This document shows, one piece after another, positions 50,757 to 57,240 of a stretch of 64,000 nt of DNA (position 1 is its first letter; each line of letters opens with the position of its first letter). The notes under the pieces were generated by a model, which saw only the letters and a list, made by a program, of their open reading frames with translations, was not told the DNA's origin and made no database searches. The translations under genes were made by a program, and so were the position numbers. The stretch covers positions 536,359 to 600,358 of the forward strand of contig CAWDSS010000010.1 of assembly GCA_963805065.1 (NCBI GenBank). Reading direction: 5' to 3'. The stretch comes from Candidatus Omnitrophota bacterium (lineage in GTDB: Bacteria; Omnitrophota; Gorgyraeia; Gygaellales; Profunditerraquicolaceae).

Positions 50757-51134
50757 TTACGGTAATGGCCCAACATCCTCCCAGCCGTTCTGTCTTGTAT
50801 TATCATGACTGGAAACAGTATCTGTGGTCCTTAGCCTTCCCCCTACTTCATTAGTAGTGGCGCTGGAAGTGCTTGTACTGTTCGATGTAATGGTGATATC
50901 GGAAGTTGTGTTTTTTGGTTCGTAGGAATTGCCAATCTGATCGGCACTATCTCGGTAATTGCCCTGGAAGCTTCTTTTTATATATGAGGACATGCTTATG
51001 AGTGCAGCTACAAACACTGCTATGACCACGGCATATTCCAAAGCTGATTGCGCTTTGCTTAATTTAATAAGTCTTGTCTCTGTCTGAATGCGATTGGTCA
51101 TGCGGCACATCGCCTTGTGACGCCTGGTTAACAT
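50757..51134 (-). CDS. Flp-like pilin paralogue (start uncertain; the track start overlaps the upstream gene by 71 nt)
   Basis: LSKAQSALEYAVVIAVFVAALISMSSYIKRSFQGNYRDSADQIGNSY followed by an S/T-rich tail. Confidence 0.6.
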   Translation of the reverse strand: MLTRRHKAMCRMTNRIQTETRLIKLSKAQSALEYAVVIAVFVAALISMSSYIKRSFQGNYRDSADQIGNSYEPKNTTSDITITSNSTSTSSATTNEVGGRLRTTDTVSSHDNTRQNGWEDVGPLP

Positions 51135-51411
51135 CCGTTCTATAACTTCCGTCTACAAAACTTCTTTTTCTTGTGACCCCGGAGCTGCTGCCAGTTTGAG
51201 AAGATTCATCTATCCATACACCATCCTTAGCCGTCTCGTTAGCATCTTCCTGGCTGCCTACCTGGTCCGCTGCTACTCTTACTACTGCCTGAATCCCGCG
51301 CTTCATGTAAACCTGCATGCCAACGAGAACAGCACTGACAATTGCGATTAGTATAACATATTCCGCTATACTTTGTCCACTATAAAGATGTCGTAATTCC
51401 TTGCTTTCCAT
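51064..51411 (-). CDS. Flp-like pilin paralogue
   Basis: SGQSIAEYVILIAIVSAVLVGMQVYMKRGIQAVVRVAADQVGSQ. Confidence 0.65.
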   Translation of the reverse strand: MESKELRHLYSGQSIAEYVILIAIVSAVLVGMQVYMKRGIQAVVRVAADQVGSQEDANETAKDGVWIDESSQTGSSSGVTRKRSFVDGSYRTDVNQASQGDVPHDQSHSDRDKTY

Positions 51412-51453
51412 GATCTTTTCGCGAATTTGCCAGTGCTGCCCCCTATTAGCTTT

Positions 51454-51777
51454 TTACGGATACCACTCCTGATCCAAAGCACCCACGTTCTCACTGGTAT
51501 TCTTATTTTGAGCCTGATTCGTGACCACGTTAGTTGTTGACCCTGGTCCTCCTGATATGGTTTCTACAGAATGACCCTGCGTTATACTTGTAAGAGAAGT
51601 ACTTGATGTGGTCTGAGGAGAAAACTGATCGCCAATATCATTGGATGAATCTCTTAGTTTACCCTGAACACCACGTTTAATATAACTGGACATAGCAATT
51701 AATGCAGCTACGATTACTGCAATAACTACAGCATATTCAAGCGTATTCTGCCCTTTTTTATTTAAATGAATAAACAT
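51454..51777 (-). CDS. Flp-like pilin paralogue (start moved to the ATG at 51777)
   Basis: GGAGGTG lies 6 nt before the ATG. MFIHLNKKGQNTLEYAVVIAVIVAALIAMSSYIKRGVQGKLRDSSNDIGDQF. The track start at 51786 is a GTG inside the SD. Confidence 0.7.
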   Translation of the reverse strand: MFIHLNKKGQNTLEYAVVIAVIVAALIAMSSYIKRGVQGKLRDSSNDIGDQFSPQTTSSTSLTSITQGHSVETISGGPGSTTNVVTNQAQNKNTSENVGALDQEWYP

Positions 51778-51807
51778 TACTTTCACCTCCTTAGATTAAA
51801 CTTTTAT

Positions 51808-52134
51808 TTACGGCGTTGCAGTCATAGTCTGGTTACGATTAGCTGTTGTATCCATGTTGGAACCCCTGGTTGTTGCTCCGCCTAAACTTACATTTTCATT
51901 CTGGCTTCCAGTCTGATCAGTTGTGGTAGTGCCAGTAAGATAATACGGTTCGTATTGTTTGGTGTCTGTGGTAGTCGCCATACCCGAACCCATATTGTCT
52001 ACCACGTCCTTAACCTTTCCCTGTAACCCTCTTTTTACATATATCTGCATTGCTGTAACTGCAGCTACTACTAAAGCAATTAAGATTGCGTATTCAGCGG
52101 TGGTTTGTGCCCTTTTACCAATTTTACGTAACAT
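51808..52134 (-). CDS. Flp-like pilin paralogue (start moved to the ATG at 52134)
   Basis: GGAGGTG lies 6 nt before the ATG. MLRKIGKRAQTTAEYAILIALVVAAVTAMQIYVKRGLQGKVKDVVDNMGSG. Confidence 0.7.
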   Translation of the reverse strand: MLRKIGKRAQTTAEYAILIALVVAAVTAMQIYVKRGLQGKVKDVVDNMGSGMATTTDTKQYEPYYLTGTTTTDQTGSQNENVSLGGATTRGSNMDTTANRNQTMTATP

Positions 52135-52149
52135 TCGTCTCACCTCCTT

Positions 52150-52314
52150 TTAGAAATTTATTTTCTGTGCTTCATTATTCATCTGCGTTGCCGCGTTTTC
52201 TAATGAGCTCTGGACCTTAGGCTTCAAGAAATTGTTAGCGAAGATGATTATTACTGCGATAATCGCGGTCAAGATAATCACGTACTCTAATACACTTTGT
52301 CCCTTCTTGTTCAT
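52150..52314 (-). CDS. Short Flp pilin (54 aa; start moved to the ATG at 52314)
   Basis: GAGGAGGTGA lies 4 nt before the ATG. MNKKGQSVLEYVIILTAIIAVIIIFANNFLKPKVQSSLENAATQMNNEAQKINF. Its size and G-QSVLEY motif are typical of a mature-pilin precursor. Confidence 0.7.
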   Translation of the reverse strand: MNKKGQSVLEYVIILTAIIAVIIIFANNFLKPKVQSSLENAATQMNNEAQKINF

Positions 52315-52378
52315 TTTGTCACCTCCTCTCATATTTATGCTCAATAAATATCTACCCATCTATCACCTCCTTCAATAA

Positions 52379-52537
52379 TTACTGTATCGATTCTACATTG
52401 GTCTGTTGCTGGATCATTAATAAGTTTGCGTATATTGAACGCCTTACATATAGGCTTATCGCCATTATAGCCGCTAAAACAATGGTAATAAGCAAGCTGT
52501 ACTCCAACACACTCTGGCCTTTATATTTTCTTATCAT
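52379..52537 (-). CDS. Short Flp pilin (52 aa) absent from the ORF track
   Basis: The ATG at 52537 lies one base after the TAA of the upstream gene, and AAGGTG precedes it. Hand translation: MIRKYKGQSVLEYSLLITIVLAAIMAISLYVRRSIYANLLMIQQQTNVESIQ, stop at 52379-52381. Confidence 0.65.
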   Translation of the reverse strand: MIRKYKGQSVLEYSLLITIVLAAIMAISLYVRRSIYANLLMIQQQTNVESIQ

Positions 52538-52538
52538 C

Positions 52539-52754
52539 TTACCACACCTTGTTATCAGCGTTAATTATGGCATCAAACCCTTTTTGAGCATAACCTGGTG
52601 TTGCGGAAGTGCCTTGCGCTGTATCTCTCACGCTTCCAAAAAAGCTATTTATCGTACCGCCTAATGTAAGCAAGGTTAAAAAAATCACCGCTGTAAAAAG
52701 TAAAAAATACTCTAAAGTAGCTTGCCCTCTTTTTAAAGACTTTTTTAAAATCAT
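52539..52754 (-). CDS. Flp-like pilin paralogue, first gene of the pilin operon
   Basis: GAGGAG lies 6 nt before the ATG. MILKKSLKRGQATLEYFLLFTAVIFLTLLTLGG. Confidence 0.7.
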   Translation of the reverse strand: MILKKSLKRGQATLEYFLLFTAVIFLTLLTLGGTINSFFGSVRDTAQGTSATPGYAQKGFDAIINADNKVW

Positions 52755-52795
52755 TATTAACTCCTCAAAAAATAAACCGAGTCACACGAATCTCT

Positions 52796-52950
52796 AACGG
52801 CATTCGCTAACCCGGTTAACTTACTCGCTTAGACCCAAAAACAAAAATAAAAACTTTTTTTCCGGCGAGCATATCCCGTGGCTTTGCGCATCCACTTACC
52901 TCCATAAGTGAGATGCTCCCTCCGTAACCCGGAGGAATTTCGCTGCCGTT
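52796..52950 (-). promoter_or_regulatory. Leader RNA of the pilin operon sharing GEMM-I-like blocks with the giant-gene leader
   Basis: Minus RNA has a closing stem AACGGCA...UGCCGUU. Inside it are the hairpin CCUCCG-GGUUA-CGGAGG, an extra hairpin CACUUA-UGGAGG-UAAGUG, then UGCGCAAAGCCACGGG and later AACCGGGUUAGCGAAUG. The two blocks GCGCAAAGCCACGGG and CCGGGUU-CGAAU also occur in the giant-gene leader. Confidence 0.35.
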
Positions 52951-52974
52951 ATTTATATCTTTAATGACACTTAA

Positions 52975-53003
52975 AATATAACATCTATAACATCAAGTGT
53001 CAA
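52975..53003 (-). promoter_or_regulatory. Sigma-70-type promoter of the pilin operon
   Basis: Minus strand TTGACA (52998-53003), 17-nt spacer, TATATT (52975-52980). Confidence 0.6.
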
Positions 53004-53033
53004 GGACATTTCGGGTTAAAATGAAAGCGCTTG

Positions 53034-54707
53034 CTAAACTGCAAACCAGAGCCTTAATTTCTGGGAGGTTAAAATTTCCCTTTCGTTCAATCTGCGGCAG
53101 GCATACTCAAGATCTTTTAATAATGGGAACCCCTGTGGTGGTTTGAAAGTTATCCTTAACCCATCTTTTTCTTGGCTTATATCAGTGGTTAGTTTGTAAA
53201 AGTGTTCTTTTGTGAAGGCAAAATCCTTATTTTCATATCCCACGGGTAAAAAGTGCCATCTTACATATAAGTCTAATGCTTCCAGATAGTTACTGAATAG
53301 AATCCCGCTTTCAGGGTTGGTTTCTTTCTCTAATTTAAGTATTTCTGTAGAAAAAAACCTGCCAGAAGCACCGGTATATGTGAAAAGTTCAATTTTTCGG
53401 CTGTAGTCATGGAATGCCTCTTCAAAATTCGGCCAGTGGCTTAGATATGCATTTAGCCATTGAGAAGCAGGTGCATCATCAACAAAATTAGTCAAAACAA
53501 TTAATCTTGTTTTCTCGGTCAAATTTGTTTTTAAAGCATTGCCTCTAAACGTAACATGTTGACTTGTATTTGGTTGTGTTAACTCAATTTCGATTTCTGC
53601 AGCATATATTTCTTTGCCCAGCGGTTCTGCAAAAAATGGCTTAAATTCCCCTATCTTTTTCACTTTTCTATACTCTACGAACTGCCAAGGCCATAACCCG
53701 AAGACAAAATATTGCTTTTTATCCTGGTTTATAGAAAGGCGCTCCAATTCATCAAAATTACTGTCACAAAGAGTCAGTTGTGTAATTTTCTTTGCCGTAG
53801 AATCAAAACTTAAGATAAAACTAAAGAACTCTTTGGTAGGAGCATCATATCCCGGCGCCATGAACAGCAAAAAAGGAGAATTATCCCGAAAATATCTATT
53901 TATGTAACTCTTGATATCATAAATAGTTGTGGAAAAATCGTGAGGGATATGCGGCGTGGACCAAATTGTATGTAACTGTCCATCTAAATACATGATGCTG
54001 CCATCAGACATATTGACTTTAACACAGCGCACTTCCTGCAGTGTGCTGGATATTATGCGTAATAGATCTAAAGGAATTGATTTAACTGATTGCAATTCAT
54101 TGAGATAAGCTACGATGGTTTCAGCGGGTATTTCCTGGCCTGCTAAGGGATATGCAATGCTTTTTGGCGCTTCTTTAGCACCTTGGAACAAACCAAGATA
54201 AATAAGGCTTTCTGTCTTAGCTAAAAAGTCCTCGTTCGGCCGGTTGAGCCTGGCTTTGATAGCGTCGGAAAAGTAGTAGCTGCCGCCAATAAGGTAATCA
54301 GCTGCCTTAAGTAAGATAGCGCCTGTACAGGCTATCTTTTTAGGCTCTTGAGCCTTAATTTCGACGAGTGGTTCTGCAACCTTAATGGGCTTTGGCTGGG
54401 GCTCTGGAACCGGAATCACTGGCGCAGGCGCTTCAGGCTTAATTTCTACCGGTACTTCAAGCAACTTCGGTTCCTGTGGTTTTTCCAGCATAACTACAGG
54501 CTTACGCCTCTTTTTTTGCCTCCTTCCCACCGGCAGGCTTAACCCCTGTTGCTTTATAATTGAATTTATGCTGGATTTAGAGAGTTTTATCTGAAATTTC
54601 TCTTCTACCAAGGCAGTCATACCGCGACAGCTTAGGATTGGCTTGGTTTTTTTCTCCTCTAAAATGAAATCTATTATTTCCGGCTTTAATTTGTAAATTA
54701 CGCCCAT
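53034..54707 (-). CDS. HTH-domain protein, possibly transposase-like or a regulator (start moved to the ATG at 54707)
   Basis: GGAG lies 5 nt before the ATG. The N-terminus MGVIYKLKPEIIDFILEEKKTKPILSCRGMTALVEEKFQIKLSKSSINSIIKQQGLS looks like an HTH. A K/P/E-rich linker and a roughly 430-aa unrecognised domain follow. The track start at 54755 would lie inside the predicted promoter. Confidence 0.6.
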   Translation of the reverse strand: MGVIYKLKPEIIDFILEEKKTKPILSCRGMTALVEEKFQIKLSKSSINSIIKQQGLSLPVGRRQKKRRKPVVMLEKPQEPKLLEVPVEIKPEAPAPVIPVPEPQPKPIKVAEPLVEIKAQEPKKIACTGAILLKAADYLIGGSYYFSDAIKARLNRPNEDFLAKTESLIYLGLFQGAKEAPKSIAYPLAGQEIPAETIVAYLNELQSVKSIPLDLLRIISSTLQEVRCVKVNMSDGSIMYLDGQLHTIWSTPHIPHDFSTTIYDIKSYINRYFRDNSPFLLFMAPGYDAPTKEFFSFILSFDSTAKKITQLTLCDSNFDELERLSINQDKKQYFVFGLWPWQFVEYRKVKKIGEFKPFFAEPLGKEIYAAEIEIELTQPNTSQHVTFRGNALKTNLTEKTRLIVLTNFVDDAPASQWLNAYLSHWPNFEEAFHDYSRKIELFTYTGASGRFFSTEILKLEKETNPESGILFSNYLEALDLYVRWHFLPVGYENKDFAFTKEHFYKLTTDISQEKDGLRITFKPPQGFPLLKDLEYACRRLNEREILTSQKLRLWFAV

Positions 54708-54743
54708 TTTATCTCCAGATTGGACATTTATAATCTCAATACA

Positions 54744-54772
54744 AATATAACACACATAGAATAAGCTGTCAA
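54744..54772 (-). promoter_or_regulatory. Sigma-70-type promoter of the HTH gene, flanked by AGATTGGACATTT copies
   Basis: Minus strand TTGACA (54767-54772), 17-nt spacer, TATATT (54744-54749). The 13-mer copies at 54717-54729 and 54780-54792 bracket it. Confidence 0.55.
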
Positions 54773-54794
54773 GTAATTTAGATTGGACATTTTA

Positions 54795-54851
54795 GGGACA
54801 CCCAATATTTCAAAGCAGGGACACCCTTGTTTTTGAAGCAAAGGGTGTCCC
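54795..54851. repeat. GGGACACCC REP-like element, type 1
   Basis: GGGACACCCAATATTTCAAAGCAGGGACACCCTTGTTTTTGAAGCAAAGGGTGTCCC. The hairpin arms lie at 54818-54826 and 54843-54851. Confidence 0.85.
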
Positions 54852-54859
54852 TCACCCCA

Positions 54860-56340
54860 AACGAAAAAATCTTTGTTAGAAATAGTGACCTGATACGTCT
54901 GTTATGTTAGAGAGTGTCAAACTTTATTACATGATAGACCTGCCAGCTTTTAGAGCCTTTTAACTTTCTGTTATGCGTGGCATGCCGAAATTTCGGCATC
55001 GCACTATTTAATTTTGCGTTTGGAGCCTAGGGGTCCCTATCTATTATCGAGCCTTATAGCTCTGACGTACGACCGAGTCATCCCCAGAGGCAAGCGTTGC
55101 TTGTGGCTCTTAAGGCTTGGCATCTAAATATTAGCGATGTATTCACGCTGCTCTTTTAAAACTCTATAAATAATCAAGGTTAATTTACGCGCCACCGCGA
55201 CAATGGCTTTACGTGAGCCAACCTGAGGATGATGTTTAGCGCGTATGCGATCGTAGAATTGGCGCAGCCGTGCATCTTTGTTAATGTTCGCCCAGGCAGC
55301 TTCAACCAGTAAGGACCTAAGCACAGAGCTGCCTAAATGGGTGATACGACCTCGCAAGATTCGTTCTCCTGTTGAGTATTCACTAGGCACGAGTCCCGCA
55401 AAAGCAGATAACTCTCTGGGGTTACGCAACTGCTGTGGGTCACCAATGCTTGCAAGAATAGTTATAGCGGTAATAAAGCCTATGCCGGGAATAGAGCGAA
55501 GATAATGTATATTGCGTTTAAGGCTTGCATCTTGCTCAGAGAGCTTTTTAAGCTCTTTAAGGATTATCAAAGTTTGGTTACGTGAATACTCTAGGTCATT
55601 AAGGAGTAAATCTAATCTTTGGCGCGTAGCCGGGCTACAGGGTAGTTCTTTGAGTCGTTTAATATGTGCATAAGACCAATACTGGGTCGTATCTTTTAAT
55701 AGTGTGTGCAGATGGGCAAAAAGTAGAAGCGATTTGATGCGTTGTTTGCTTACTTTACGCATATCGACATATTCTTCACGCGAACGAAGCAGCTGGCGCA
55801 GCTCCCGGCAATCGTAATCCGGGATACGAATAGGTTGCATATCGCCGTTCTTTAAATGCTGGGAGATTCTCTCTGAATCAAGGCGGTTATTCTTGATACG
55901 ATCATTACTGGCTTTGGGGATTGATGGAGGCGGTACCATTAAACACCTTATGTTTTTTGATGTTAAATAATCATGCAGATAATAACCAGTTACTCCGACT
56001 TCATAAGCGCAGATAACCCTTTTATTATTATACCTGTTGCGTATATGTTGGTAAAGATTTTCCGGATTAGCCGGTATTTTGTGCGAGTTGTTCATGGTAT
56101 CGTGATTTTTGACGGTAAATGAGAAGCTTTTCTGATCAACGTCTATGCCTATGAAAATATCGTACTCGTTGGGGCTGTACGCCATGCTTTCCTCCTGGTT
56201 AAACGGTTAAACTATTTACCTTTAGTTTACACCATATTTTGGAAAGCTCGGCACTCTAAACATATTATCTATTATAGTAAAGGCAAAAGTAAAAAGCCAA
56301 AAGGAAAAAGTTAGGGCTAAGTCAAAAATAAGAGGAGGTG
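54860..56340 (-). mobile_element. IS110-family insertion sequence (ends not determined)
   Basis: A single DEDD transposase gene has about 260 nt of structured non-coding sequence downstream and about 160 nt upstream. IS110-family elements lack classical terminal inverted repeats, so the boundaries cannot be read off. Confidence 0.5.
55124..56185 (-). CDS. IS110-family (DEDD) transposase/recombinase
   Basis: 353 aa. N-terminal IFIGIDVDQKSFSF (RuvC-like DEDD). C-terminal LRSIPGIGFITAITILASIGDPQQLRNPRELSAFAGLVPSEYSTGE...GRITHLGSSVLRSLLVEAAW, typical of the IS116/IS110/IS902 family. Confidence 0.85.
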   Translation of the reverse strand: MAYSPNEYDIFIGIDVDQKSFSFTVKNHDTMNNSHKIPANPENLYQHIRNRYNNKRVICAYEVGVTGYYLHDYLTSKNIRCLMVPPPSIPKASNDRIKNNRLDSERISQHLKNGDMQPIRIPDYDCRELRQLLRSREEYVDMRKVSKQRIKSLLLFAHLHTLLKDTTQYWSYAHIKRLKELPCSPATRQRLDLLLNDLEYSRNQTLIILKELKKLSEQDASLKRNIHYLRSIPGIGFITAITILASIGDPQQLRNPRELSAFAGLVPSEYSTGERILRGRITHLGSSVLRSLLVEAAWANINKDARLRQFYDRIRAKHHPQVGSRKAIVAVARKLTLIIYRVLKEQREYIANI

Positions 56341-56346
56341 ATATAA

Positions 56347-56829
56347 ATGCCTAGAGGTGCACGATTATTTGTAAATAATGCCTATTATCATATTGTCAAT
56401 CGCGGAAATCAAAAAGAGAAAATATTCATAGAACCCCCCGATTTTGAAAAATACCTACAGCTGTTAAAACACTACAAACGTAAATACGCTTTCGAAATCT
56501 TTGGCTATTGCCTCATGCCTAATCATGTTCACATAGTATTAGGGGCTAAAGCGGCGCATAAGTTGCCAAAGTTTATGCAAAGCTTGACTCAAACATACAC
56601 TATGTGGTTCAATGGCAAATATAATAAAGTTGGCCATCTTTGGCAGGGAAGATTCAAATGCATGATTATTCAAAGAGATGAATATTTTCTGGAAAGTATA
56701 TATTATGTTGAGGCTAATCCTGTAAGAGCCGGTATGGTTCATTCTCCTAAAGATTATGTTTGGAGTAGCTATAAAGACAGGATCTTCGGTAATAGAAACG
56801 GTTTGTTAGATCTGCCTGATTCAACCTAA
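56347..56829 (+). CDS. REP-associated tyrosine (Y1, HUH) transposase, RayT/IS200-like
   Basis: 160 aa. HUH motif in GYCLMPNHVHIVL. Tyr region SIYYVEANPVRAGMVHSPKDYVWSSY. AGGAGGTG SD. GGGACACCC hairpins lie immediately downstream. Confidence 0.8.
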   Translation: MPRGARLFVNNAYYHIVNRGNQKEKIFIEPPDFEKYLQLLKHYKRKYAFEIFGYCLMPNHVHIVLGAKAAHKLPKFMQSLTQTYTMWFNGKYNKVGHLWQGRFKCMIIQRDEYFLESIYYVEANPVRAGMVHSPKDYVWSSYKDRIFGNRNGLLDLPDST

Positions 56830-56837
56830 TAGCTGAT

Positions 56838-56873
56838 AGGGACACCCTTCCGATTGATTTCAAGGGTGTCCCT
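56838..56873. repeat. GGGACACCC REP-like hairpin, type 2
   Basis: AGGGACACCCTTCCGATTGATTTCAAGGGTGTCCCT, 9 nt after the RayT stop. Confidence 0.85.
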
Positions 56874-56881
56874 TGATTGAA

Positions 56882-57238
56882 TTATTGGGTGTCCCTATTT
56901 ACAAAGAGAATCTCGTCACCTGCGGAAGTATGATGGGTTTCTATTGTGCCTGCGGGAAGTTCGATAGCTAACTGAGAGCTAAAATATATTGGGGTAAGGT
57001 GAAAGGGCATTATGGAGGAAACGGCTTTTACCACGCGGTTATGTTTATCCAAGAATAATACATCAATGGGAAAACGCATAAACAAGGTATGAATTGAATT
57101 GCAGGGGTCCAATATCAAAGCTTGCCCTTTAAGAAATTTTTTCCTGCCTAAAAGGCCCCTCATCCTGGTAAGTGGGTTATTCGCCACTACAGCATTATCT
57201 GCCAAGATATTATTGTTGGTTTTATTAATGACCTGCAC
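56882..57238 (-). CDS. DUF192 (COG1430) family protein
   Basis: 118 aa. NNPLTRMRGLLGRKKFLKGQALILDPCNSIHTLFMRFPIDVLFLDKHNRVV ... AIELPAGT matches the DUF192 pattern. Confidence 0.7.
   Translation of the reverse strand: MQVINKTNNNILADNAVVANNPLTRMRGLLGRKKFLKGQALILDPCNSIHTLFMRFPIDVLFLDKHNRVVKAVSSIMPFHLTPIYFSSQLAIELPAGTIETHHTSAGDEILFVNRDTQ
56887..56895. repeat. Isolated GGGTGTCCC half-site overlapping the 3' end of the DUF192 gene
   Basis: TATTGGGTGTCCCTATT. On the minus strand it encodes the last residues ...NRDTQ and the stop of ORF 56882-57238. Confidence 0.8.
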
Positions 57239-57240
57239 GG

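Noticed and set aside
51778-54755. Track start codons at 51786, 52143, 52359 and 54755
   Set aside because: These starts are GTG/ATG codons lying inside or upstream of strong GGAGGTG-type SD sequences, or inside the predicted promoter at 54744-54772. Downstream ATGs at 51777, 52134, 52314 and 54707 have proper SD spacing.
43853-56895. GGGACACCC repeats considered as a CRISPR array
   Set aside because: The copies are palindromic hairpins scattered over 13 kb with irregular spacing, and there are no unique spacers of uniform length. No CRISPR array exists in this window.
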